A stretch of 64,000 nt of DNA from Eutreptiella sp. 'Long Island Sound 2002'. Lineage: Eukaryota > Protista > Euglenida. A model generated the notes under the pieces. That model was not told where the DNA came from, did no database searches, and saw only the letters and a program-made list of their open reading frames with translations. Position numbers and translations under genes: made by a program. This document shows, in pieces, positions 46,531 to 57,496 of this stretch. Position 1 is the stretch's first letter, and each line of letters opens with the position of its first letter. Location: NCBI GenBank assembly GCA_964036045.1, contig OZ038378.1:5084001-5148000 (forward strand), written 5' to 3'.

Positions 46531-47362
46531 TGCAGCCTCTAGACAGAAGAGAGCTATGGAGATCACGGACAATGCGGCCCTTGGGCAGAAGAGAGGTATG
46601 GTGCCCCATGGACATTGCGTCGGAGCTGAAGGAAAGGGCCCCTCTTTTGCTGGAGGCTGCCATAATTTTGTGGGGGCCCAGTCGCTAGCCCGACAAAGGA
46701 ACTGCGACAGACCACCGTGAGTGCCCCAACTCGTCACTCCATCCAAGCGCAAGCCCGAACCAGAGACTGCCCCGGCATTTCATGCAGCGCACACCCTGTC
46801 CCCAGCCGATCCTGCTCTCTGGAGCCTCCGGAAGTTGGACGTCGGAGGACGAATTGTAAGTCCTTCTCAGCGCCCCCCACCGCCCACTCTGCGGGGGCTG
46901 GGGTCTGCTCCAGGGCCTCATCCACGATGCATCCATTGCAGCCGTGTTCCTGTTGAGGCATCAGTCCGGGGGCCCCATCTCTGCACACACCCGACGTGGC
47001 GGTGGGTCACGCATTGCGCAGCAGCAAAACGCGGCTGCGCACACGACCTCGTGCTCTGCAATGCGCTGCGGTGCAGCCGCGTGCCTCGACCGCCGCGCGG
47101 GCGGATGGCCTCACAAAGCTCAGGCCTGCCTCAGGACTGCGTCAGCCCCATGCAAGTCCCATGCAAATGGTACGCCGACGCAGCACAATCACCGAGAGAC
47201 CGCACCGGGAGCGGGGGCGGGGGCGGAGGGGGGGGGGGGTCATCGCTTGGCCCCCGGTCGCTGCATCGCACCGCAGTGCCCAGTGCCCCTTCAGCCGCCG
47301 CTCTGCCCCAGGGGCGAGGGCAGTGCTTTCGTGCGCCGGACCTGCGACGTATAGCCCTGGGC

Positions 47363-47748
47363 CTACCGATGCCCCTTCTTCCCCCTTTTGCCTTTCTTGG
47401 GCATGGGCCCTCGCGCGACGGGCGTGCCCGGCCCGGCCCCGCACGGCCCTGCGTCGCGCGTCGTGCTCGGGAGCGGCACGCACTGCAGGTCCGAGGCCCC
47501 GCCGACGAGGAATCGTGCGATCTGCCCCATGACCGCCTCCATAGAGAAGTGCGAGGCCCCGAGTGCGGCGGCCTGCGCCTCCCTCACGGCCAAGGCGGCG
47601 CGGGGGGTGCGGTGCAGGGCCCGCAGCAGGGGCGGGAGCCCGTCCAGGTCGGTGATGTAGCCGACCTTGCGGAACAACAGCGCGTACGGCACCCACGGCA
47701 CGTCGGAGTAGACGTAGATGGGGATGAGCCCCATCTGCAGCGTCTCCG
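47363..47748 (-). CDS. Exostosin/GT47-like protein exon 3 of 3 (AETLQMGLIPIYVYSD...KKGHR*)
   Basis: CTTCAG| acceptor; phase 1 join gives RTAYHL|AETLQMGLIPIYVYSD, matching the GT47 consensus RLxEALxxGCIPVxxSD. Confidence 0.85.
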
Positions 47749-49074
47749 CTGAAGAAGCGGATGGAGGAATGTCAGGGGACACTATGACAGCCCCAGTGCA
47801 CGGGAGAGTGGCAGGCGTTGTGAGTGGGTGTGACGCCGGGGGGGCACGAGATGCAAACCTCGTCTCGGGCACAATATCCCTCCACGTCCTAGCCCCCCCC
47901 TCCCTCCGCCCCCAAGCCGCCCGCCCCCCTTCGCCCCTCGGAGCAATAGGGGGGGGGGATTGCCTTGACGCTGGTTGGGTACGGTGTAGTACGACCGGTG
48001 TCCAGGGGGGGGGGATTGACAGAGGAGGCGGGACGGTTGAGGTGTCCACTCTGTACCCCTTGGGTGTCCGACATGCGACACGGAGTCACCCCGCGTCCAC
48101 CCCCCACCCGAGCCTGCCAGCGCTGGACGCAACGAGAGCAGCAGGCTTCCATCATGAGCACTGGGACAGGCACTGCACTCTCAGGCACATAACTGCACTT
48201 CCTCCCCTGCCCCCCCCCCCCCCGTCACACAGAATTTCAATCACGAAAACACCCCTCAACCGCATGTGGCACACTGGCTTGCTGCAACAAATCTCCCAAT
48301 GTTTCTTCGAACTACCCAGCGAGCGGTCTGCTGTCAAATGTTTGCGATGGAGGAGATTTTTTCGGACGAGTTGCCGCATTTGCAGAGCATTGTCCATCAA
48401 ACCGCATGGATTCGCACTTCTGATCGGTCCCTCATTGGTCATGAGGTACGTGGCACTGGACACCGGGTGTGACACATGGTGCTACAGCCCCGGCACTGCG
48501 GTGCAGCCTGTCCACTGCAGTCATAGGCTGGAATCAATACCAGTCCGGTTGGGTCCCTCAGTTGCCTGAAAGCGAACGGGACCCACCCCCAACCACCCTT
48601 TCCCCATCCCCATCCTCCCAGTCTCCCAGGTCCCTCGTCCACTGCCCCCCCCCCCCCCCTGCATGGCCCGTGGCACGACGGGCTTGGCAGCCGCGGACCC
48701 CTCACCAAAAAAGCTCCTGCTGCTTCCGCGCCGTGCGTGCCCCCCCCTCAAAACAAACCCGGGGTCATTTGGCAATGAGCTGCGCACGGCCCCACGGACA
48801 TACCACCGTCCCCATTTGAACTGGGACGGGGCGGGTGTGAGCCATCCGACGGCCTTGCGTGGCACCCGACAGCGGTCTGGATCCCGCCTTTTGCAGGCCA
48901 AACGATAGCGGCTGGAGGTTAGGCGTCGTGTGTGCAATCGACGTCGACGTTTCCTCAACACACAACCCCCCCCCCCCCCCCCCCGGCCCCCGCACTGGCC
49001 CCGCCCTGGCCCCGCACCAACGCCCATCTCCCGCGGGACGGCGCGTGAGGGAAAGGCGGGGGGTCGCCCCATAC

Positions 49075-49465
49075 CCAAGTGGTACGCCGTCCTCCCCGAG
49101 CCCCGCGGCACGAGGCTCAGGACCGACTCCGCCATGATCTCGCGCCACGCCGGGCCTTGGGCGAACGTCGCGTTGAAGCCCTCGCTGCGGCTGAGGTCGG
49201 TCACCAGGTCCTGCAGGCGGAAGCGGATGGCGCCAGGGCCGTGCGCCACGGTGCCCACGTAGGAGACCAGGTACTGCCGGGCGGCGAGGGGCCTGTGGTT
49301 GTTGAGGGACGCGGTGCGGAGGAGGAGGGGGATGGGCACGTGGCCGTAGCCGCCGGCGGAGAGGACCAGGATGTTGGGGAAATCCGCCAGGGTCCACTCG
49401 CACATGGCGGGCAGGCCGCCGTCGTGCTGACTGACGGTGATGTAGGGCACGTTGGGCCGGAGGAC
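49075..49465 (-). CDS. Exostosin/GT47-like protein exon 2 of 3 (VLRPNVPYITVSQHDGG...SLVPRGSGRTAYHL)
   Basis: GGCAG| acceptor, G|GTATGG donor; 391 nt; LVPRGSGRT resembles GT47 LCPRGxGxTS. Confidence 0.88.
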
Positions 49466-49539
49466 CTGCCAAGGCGAAGGAACAGGTACATACTTATTGA
49501 GGCTGGCTCAGGGGGACCGAGAAGGCTGTCCTTAACAAA

Positions 49540-50330
49540 CGAATAAAAATAACGGCGATGACAACAACAACAACGGCAAGAACGACAGCAGCAGCAGCAG
49601 CAATCTCCCCTTTTCATTCAATGCTCTTGGTCGGTAAAAATATTCTGCAACAAACACTGATACAGCGAATAACAGCCGGAGTAGAATTTGGCCTTGGCCT
49701 TGTGAGAAGCGTATTGACAAGACAACGATGTAGACAATTTTGAAAAATGCTCCAGCTTTGGCAAATACAATGACAACGACAGCAAACAAGGCAGCAACAA
49801 CAACACAGGCACCACCACCACCACCACCACCACCACCAGCAACAGGGACAACAACAGCAGCAACAGCAACAACAACACCAGCAGCAACACGAAACCGATG
49901 AAGGAGATCATATGGAAATCATATCAAGGAGCATACCCCATGGGCTGGGTGGCCCGTTGCCCCCATCTTGGCTTCAAATTACAGACATTGCAACAACGTA
50001 AGCAAAAATAACAGCAACACGACAGACGAAACAACATCAGCAACAAAAAGAACAGCAGCAACAACAACAACCATCCAACAACTGGCCACCAGCAAAAACA
50101 GCCGCATTGCAAGCAAGCAACAGCAATAGCAAGCGTAACCTTTGTTTATGAAATAAACAACAGCTTAATCCTACAGTGGTACCCTCTGGGCTGGATGGCC
50201 GCTGATCCCAAAATGCATTTGCAATTTGACCCTGTGCTTGTGACGAGGGTAGGGACAGGGCCCATGCTAAACAAGAACAACAATAACCAGGACAATGCCA
50301 CCACCAGCAACAACAACAACCAAGTGACCA
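49540..50330. repeat. CAA/CAG/CAC trinucleotide low-complexity region in GT47 intron 1
   Basis: Direct reading. Confidence 0.8.
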
Positions 50331-50951
50331 GTTGACGAACGATTGTTGGCAGTTGTCACAGGGTATTCCATGATAAAATGGCAGTTTTCGTACACGTGCT
50401 TTGTACTGTAACTTTTCTTTCGGGCCCCTAGGGCCCATTAAAGGGGGCAAGGGCCCCTAAAACCAAATTTCGGACTGCAAAGTAATGAGATGGGATCCGC
50501 TTTTCGTTTCATGAGGAAAAGCCCTGCCCAGTGGTAGGGTGATTGGACAACAAGCTTGGGCTGCCTGTTGGCTTGGTCCAACTGTCAAGAGCCACCAGCT
50601 GATAGGCAACCCTGTTGATTACCCTTCAACTGCCGTTAGTATACTTCCAGGCGTCGTGGCGTCTGCCCACCCCGTCCCCAAAGCTGTCGTCTAGCACATG
50701 ACCAGCAAGGCATTATCCGACCTCTGACGTCGAACAGACGGGGGGGGAGGGGGGGCATAAAGGCTCACCCGCGGGGTGGCTGTGCCGCCTTTTGACAGGC
50801 GGTTTGAGCACCGCTGATCTGGAGTGAGAGGGACTGAGGGGTGGCATGGTCAGGGCTGTGAGACTTTGCAGAGCCTGGGGAATCCCCGAGTACTGCACCA
50901 TCCCGAATAACGCAACACCGACCGCAATTCTTTGGCAGAAGGGGAGACATA

Positions 50952-51196
50952 GGGGGAGTATCCGCACCGCGCGCGCACTGCGCATGCACCGCGCGCGCAC
51001 CGTGCGCGCACCGCGTCAGGTATTTGAACAACTTATCCAGGAGATGGTCTACGGGGAGAGGAGTTGTAGATGGTACCTGCTGGGCTCTGAGGCGTTACCA
51101 TTCCCCCTGATTGGCTCTGGATGAAAGGGTCTACGGAACAACCCCAGTACCCGCACCGCGCATGCACCGCGCGCGCACCGCGTCTGATACTCCCCC
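50952..51196. mobile_element. 245-bp MITE with perfect 11-bp TIRs and 3-bp TSD ATA (Harbinger-like)
   Basis: ATA|GGGGGAGTATC ... GATACTCCCCC|ATA; internal GCGCGCAC(C/T)GCGC repeats like those of the Harbinger copies at 25.7-28.9 kb. Confidence 0.85.
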
Positions 51197-51299
51197 ATAG
51201 AACATGCAGAGACGGTGGTCATGGCTGCCGCACCACGTGCCAGTCCCTGTGTGCCGATCCCATCGCGGACAATCGCATTCCAACCCGATCCGCACACAC

Positions 51300-51833
51300 C
51301 CGCGCCAGGGTTTGCAAAAATAACGACGGGTATCGGAAAAGGGGGAACCAGGTGTCCACCCACGTGAGAAACAGCGGGATGAAGGGCCCAAAGATGTCGG
51401 CCAGAGTCGCATTGGGATTTGAGTGCTGGCGGTCGCGCCACGCGCCCCGAAAGTGGGAGATCCAGACGTTCTCCACCCACGGCCCTGAGAAGTTGGCGTA
51501 GGTGTGGGGCTTATGGTCGGGAGGCTGCGCCCACGGGGCCATGGCGTCGTGGATCTGCTGGAAATGGGCTTCCGCGTCCTCGGGGTAGTACAGCCGCAGC
51601 GAGGGGGTGGTCTGGCGGAGGCAGGACCACAGCGTTGTGTTGACCCGCTGCGGGGGGTCATCCACCAGCACCGAGTCCGGGGCCAACGCCAACCGGACAT
51701 TGTCAGCGCTTAGTGCGGGGGTGGCCCTCCGTCGAGTCGACCCTCGCCTGGGCAGCGCAGGCATTTCCCACTCATCGTCGGAGCAGACGTGGCAGTGCAC
51801 AAACAAAACGAGTAGCCAGACGGTGAGGGGCAT
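51300..51833 (-). CDS. Exostosin/GT47-like protein exon 1 of 3, with signal peptide (MPLTVWLLVLFVHCHVCS...LQTLAR)
   Basis: 534 nt, phase 0, CGG|GT donor; contains GPWVENVWISHF and GPFIPLFLTWVD. Three exons give 436 aa. Confidence 0.85.
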
Positions 51834-51880
51834 GCCACGGAGAAAGGCCACGGGAGAGTCAAGAGCTGACCGACATTGTC

Positions 51881-51890
51881 TTATTTATAG
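51881..51890 (-). promoter_or_regulatory. TATA-like box CTATAAATAA ~50 bp upstream of the GT47-like ATG
   Basis: Motif read directly; function untested. Confidence 0.3.
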
Positions 51891-53262
51891 GCTGACGGAA
51901 CGGTTGATGATGTGTCCACACGTCGAGGCATGGAAAGTGGGAGCCCCTGCCAACGTTCCGGGGAATCTTTTGGGGACCTCTGGATTGGCTGGGGGGACTC
52001 TGCGTGTGGCACGCTCTCGCCACCCGCCCTTCCCACAGGACCCCCCCCATGGGGTCGCTGCTGCATCGGGGACGCTATACCAAGAGGGCGGCGAAGCAGA
52101 CCGTGGCCAGTCCACTCCGCCGGTCCTCCTTTCATTTGCATTCCCCCGTGTTGCTGACCCCTCTTCCCTTTGTCTAAACAGCGGCCGGAGCCCAGATAGT
52201 GAGGGAAACAAGGCCTACGTGTTGTTTGAACAAGGGTGTTGCCTGCCCGCCAAACAGCTCACGGTCCTGATTTTGTCGGGGCAGTCCTGAAAGGCAGGGA
52301 GCATAACATGCTACACATGCGATGTGCTGCGTGCCCGAATCACCCAACACGCTGTTTTGGCCATCTTGAAATGCCAAGGGACCACACAGCCCGGAAATCG
52401 AAACAGTCAAACAAATACACCACCATCAATCCATGGCGCAAGACTCGAGGCAAACAAGGCCCACATGTTGTTTTAGACATGGGGGTTCTTTGGGCAAGGG
52501 AACGGTGGTGACGGGAAGGGGGGGATTACTTGCCCCTATTTTTCGATCCAGACAATGGCCTGTGTCACCCATTGATGACCTGAGAGCGTCGAGCAGGCCC
52601 GTCCTGCGGCAGAGAGAAATGGAAACATTTTGTCAAGTGTTTTGTGTCTCTACTGCTCAGCCAAACCAGCAGTAGCACATCCCTCCGTCCCTGCGGTGCT
52701 GCAGTGACAAGCGGAAATCCATATGGATGCCACGTGACCCGTTCGGACGGCTGGTACCAGGAAATGATTACAAACACACGTCTGAGGCCTGCTGCTGCAG
52801 CGATTGCCACAATTGGCACCAAAATGGCAGAGTACAGGGGGTTTCCACTTTGTTTTACATCGTTTGACCTGTTGTTTCTCAAAGAGACCAATGATGATCT
52901 CATCATCGTGCCCCGCATCGCCCCCCTCCCCGCCACCCGCCGCCGCTAAACATTCCCTTCTTGTGTCGATTACCAGCTCCAGAGAGGCATCCCTGTGATC
53001 CATGTGATCTTGTCCTCGTTCGCTAAGTGTTGTCCAGCCTTTTCGTAATGGACCCCAGCCATTCATGGCGGGCTCGCTGGTCGTTGGTGACTTCGCATTT
53101 TGTGAGGGTGGCATTCTCTGCAGGGGCCATGGGGGTGGGGTGGGGGGGTTTGGCCCAGTGGTGCTGATTTGTTACATGAAACACTGGGTGCCGGGAGTAC
53201 GCCCTCAGCAACTCGCCGGTCCAGCGCCGCTGGGACCCAGAGCAACCTCCTGCATGCCATGC

Positions 53263-54088
53263 CAGGCCCAGGAATTTCCCACTCAACCTGCAGTCAAGTT
53301 CCCGCTGAAATTCCCGCTGAAAATGGGGGGAAATGGGGGACAAGGGGGGAAAACGGGGAAATGAGGGAGGAGGCTAGTGGGGAAAATATGTGGTTGACCC
53401 AAAAAGTGTTGCAAACCTTGGCACATTGAGGAAATTTTCAGAAAAGGTTGGAGCATCAATGACAGGTATGGCGCATGTACTCTTGGGTATGGCCCGGTCA
53501 CGGCACATGCAGCACCACAAGCAACGGGATGCAACCCCCATGCCTCGGCAGCCGGTAGCAGACAGAGGAGTGTACGCACTATGCGCAATTATGACTGGGG
53601 TCACATTTGTTGACACCGCGGATGACCTTGATGGGGATGTAACGCACACCCTTAAAGGTGCGCACCTCATCGGCCATGGGCAAAACAACGGCAGACCAGT
53701 AAAAAAAGGCTGGAGGGAAAACTATGCAGAAGAGGCAACATGAATCTACACTGTACCCAACTGCACAACACACACGTACATGGAGCACAAACATTCATAG
53801 ACCACATGCTTGTGGAGCCATCCACCAACATTTCCTCCCATTTCCCCCCACTTCTCCCAATTTTCCCCCATTTCCCCCCATTTTTCCTCAAGTACCTCAC
53901 TCAGTACATACCCCCTGATATGCACCAAAAAGATGTTTCTTGTCCTTCCCTCACAGACTTCTCCCCATTTTTTGGAAAATGCCAACATTTTGTCCATTTC
54001 CCCCCCCATTTCCCCCATTTTCCCTGAACTTCCCAATTTGGCAAATGGTGTCCTTGCTAAGTTCTGGCAGCGGGGAATTCATGGCCTG
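53263..54088. mobile_element. Possible non-autonomous hAT-like element with AAATGGGGG subterminal repeats
   Basis: CAGGCCCAGGAATTTCCC ... GGGGAATTCATGGCCTG imperfect TIR; GAAATGGGGG repeats on the left, CCCCCATTTC on the right; internal MAHVLLGM/PVTA fragment. No clean 8-bp TSD. Confidence 0.45.
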
Positions 54089-56670
54089 CCATGGAGCTGG
54101 CTGCACACGGCGTCCCAAATCGTTTGTGGGGGTCCTCACGGTAAATCCCAAGGTCCGGTTGCGGATTCAAGGTTTTCATGCTGGTTGCTCCAGAAATAAG
54201 AGGGCAACGCAGCACTTGGCGCCCGTTGGCGTGATCCGACAGCCAGTGGTGATTGACTGACGGATGTTGACGGTTGACTCGCGTTTGGAAGCTTCGTCAA
54301 CCGCTGGCGGTTGTGGCGGCCAAGGTAGGTCCGACCGGTCCTAACCGAATAAGACACAGAAAACAAAACAAAAGCTGTCCTCAAAGGCGGCCCTGCGGTG
54401 GAGCCCACTGCGGGGCACATCCCATGCTTTGCTCCTGGGCACTAGCATGCAAGAGGACTACAATGTGACTTGGGGGGTCTCCTGGGTGCATGTCCATACA
54501 AACGTACATACTGCGAGGCCATTCACATGGATCTCCTTGCTTGGACGACAGGGTGTGGGAGTGCAGCGGATCTGCGGTGAAGGTTAGGATCGCAACACTC
54601 AAAACCCCCGAAACATGTGGCAGGACGAGGGTAAAAACACCGCCGTGATACATCAATGGGCGATCAGTAATATGTAAAGAAATTGCCCGGTTAACAGCCA
54701 CACCACCGGAACGCCTTGAACCGCCGTTTGTGCATCATCAACTGCCTGAGAATCACCGCCGACCGCCTCCTGTGGGACGGCAACCGTCCCCACTTCATCG
54801 CCAACACGTTGGGGGGCTTGGCACAAAAAAAGGAACAGAGGACAATCTCCCTGGGCGCAGAGCCCTGAGCGCGTGTTCGGTCAGGCTACAGACTTACGAT
54901 GCCTCGTCTGCTGAGAGCTGAGACAGAGGCAACGGTCGAGGGAAGGGGCTGCACGGGGCGCGCACGGGGCGTGAGGACGCCACAACCGCCATAACGAGAA
55001 GCGGAAGAAACGCCCGAAAATCCAGAATTTATGACGCAACACCGCGAACCAGCGGCACCACGCGGCCGACGGGGACAGATGTGCCGACAGCATTCACAGA
55101 CAGTCGTGCGCGTGCGCGTGCAGCCCCTCCCCCTTGGGGGCTGCATGGGGATACTGTTGTTGGGTCAGGTCGGGGCTGCAGCGCAGGTGCCGGTCGTCAA
55201 ACCGGAGAAACCCTTTCCCAGTGGAAGTACTAACTGCAGAATGTGGGTGGGCACTCAGTGCTGGCGGGGCGGAAAGAGCAAGGGCCACGGGGTCACGGCT
55301 GGCGCGTACGCAGATCAGCGCGCTTCACATCAGGTTCATGTCATGCGGTACATTACAATTAGGATGAGGCGATGGGTCACTATCACGGACACCCTTGCCG
55401 CTGGCGTCCAGATCAAATGGGGTGGGGGGTTTGGGGGGGGCGGGGGATCACGAGGGAAGCACATGGTCGAAAGGGAACGTGAGCGGCAAATCTGGTCACG
55501 GATGACGTCTGGCGCAGATTCAGGGTTCGGCTCACGGTCAGGCTCAGGAAAGGGGCTTCTGCTATGGCCCCATACGTCCGAACACCCACTTGAGGGCCAC
55601 GTGCAGTGGACTGGCAGCCGTTGGGGGCTTTGGACCCATCCTGAGACCAACGCCCGGGTGAGGCAGCGATGCGGCGGCGTTGCAGGGGGTCCGAAGGCGT
55701 GCAGATGGAAAGGCTCAAGCAAGGCGGGGCAGGAACCACATGTTACACGAGCTGAGGTCAATGTGTGTGTGTGTGGGTGGGTGGGTGGGGGGGTGCCTCA
55801 ATGCTCTCTCTCACAGGACAGGGAAGGTTAGAGTTCAGAGGGGGGGGGTCTCAGAATGCCGGGGCGCAGGGGCTTGGCTCATCTGTTTGCATCTGGAAGG
55901 GGGGCAGGACCAGTTGCGCTGTGAACCCCCCAGGGGCGGGGGGGAGGAGAGGAGGGGGGGGACAACATGTATGACTCAAATGGGCCGCGTTGTCACACTG
56001 ATCGCCATGAGCCATGGATCACTGGGAAAACTTATTTGGCGGGCCCAGTCCGGAAGTAGCTCTGCAGAAACACTGACTTTCAAACCCTCCCTACCCCCCC
56101 TCAGGGGGTTGTCATTCCCTCAGCGGCAACTTCTGCCTGTGTGGGCAGCGGGGGGCTTCAGCAACCCCCACTAGTGAGCAGCACTGCGCAAGCAGGCCCG
56201 AACAGAGAAACACGCCCGAGGCAGGGGCGGGAGGTTTCGAGGGGGGGGGGGGGAGGGTGAACCATCAAAGTGGAGTGAAAGGGGGGGCGGGGAGGCACAC
56301 AGATTAGCAATTCTGAGGGTCTCATGACCCGACTGCGGTGCCGACAGCGAGCTCCGGGTCTCATCACGATGCAGCAGCTGTTGCATGCTGTGCCGTGAAA
56401 TGGTGCAGGGGGACACTGTGTGCCCACATGGTCGCACACCTTGCGGAGTTGCAATCTGCAAGCGGGTGTAGGAAGCACCCCAACGTGTACAGTGCCGCCC
56501 CTCCATCCTACAACGGGGGAATTGCGTCCAACACACACGCCTCGGCAAGCACGTGCAAGTCACCGTGCAGCCAAGAGGGGCAAGGTATTCTGATGCAAGC
56601 TGTGCACCGGCAGCGCCTGGCCACAACCCCTGGGGCTGAGGAGGCACCAGAAGCATCCCTCAACAATCGC

Positions 56671-57006
56671 TTAAGACGAAGATGGGAGCGGGTCGATTCT
56701 GTGCCGCCCCATCGCCGCAGGGGAGGACAGAGCAGCCCCGCTGGCCGGCGAGGCTGCAGCGCCACCCTGGAGGAAGGAGGATTTGTATGCATCGATGTCC
56801 GCCTTCAGCGTGGTGGTGAGCCCATGCTTCTGAAGGGTCGCAATCAGTTCACCCATCAATGGTGCCACCATTTTGTGCTCCCTCTCTAACTCTTGGATCC
56901 GCTTCAGGTATTGGTCATTCTGCTCCTGCAGGACTTTGGTCTTGTAATTGTCCAGGATGTCACTCTCGATCTTCATTGTTGACACCTTCTCATTCAGGTT
57001 CTTGAT
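56671..57006 (-). CDS. Coiled-coil protein, terminal exon (IKNLNEKVSTMKIESD...PLPSSS*)
   Basis: CATCAG| acceptor; phase 0 continuation of YRNQ; heptad-rich E/K/Q composition. Confidence 0.85.
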   Translation of the reverse strand: MKNLNEKVSTMKIESDILDNYKTKVLQEQNDQYLKRIQELEREHKMVAPLMGELIATLQKHGLTTTLKADIDAYKSSFLQGGAAASPASGAALSSPAAMGRHRIDPLPSSS

Positions 57007-57359
57007 CTGATGTAGGTCACAGTCTCACGGGAGCGACGCACCAGCCACGCACCCAACCACACACGCACGCGCAAAGACCCCGACACAAGCCCTGAAGCTG
57101 AAGAGCACAGGCAAGGGCACGTGCATTGGGTGTCTGGACTTCTCGTGAGGCCGTCAAACAGGCAGCAGACGGCTAGGCGCCTTTCTTTAATGCAGAGTGA
57201 AACAGCTGGAAGTATAGTGCAAGAGAATGACACAGCTGGAGTGACCATCATGGCGTTTCGCCTCATTTGCGCGCCGAGGTGGCACTGCGCCACGTTTACC
57301 CACTGCAGGCGCGGGGCCTCGCGTCGCCCCAAAGCCGTGCCGTCTCAGTCTCGTTTGTC

Positions 57360-57461
57360 GCACACACACACATACACACACACACACACAACTGACACAC
57401 GCGCGCGCGCACACACACACACAGACAACGCAAAGTGATCAGGCGCTGTCACAAACAGAAG

Positions 57462-57493
<32 letters not shown>
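57360..57493. repeat. (CA)n microsatellites
   Basis: Direct reading. Confidence 0.95.

Positions 57494-57496
<3 letters not shown>

Noticed and set aside
46721-47752. 343-aa plus-strand ORF and other long GC-rich ORFs (e.g. 4448-5296, 55031-55831, 15428-16066)
   Set aside because: Antisense to real exons or running through G/C-run repeats; no domain signal or splice support.
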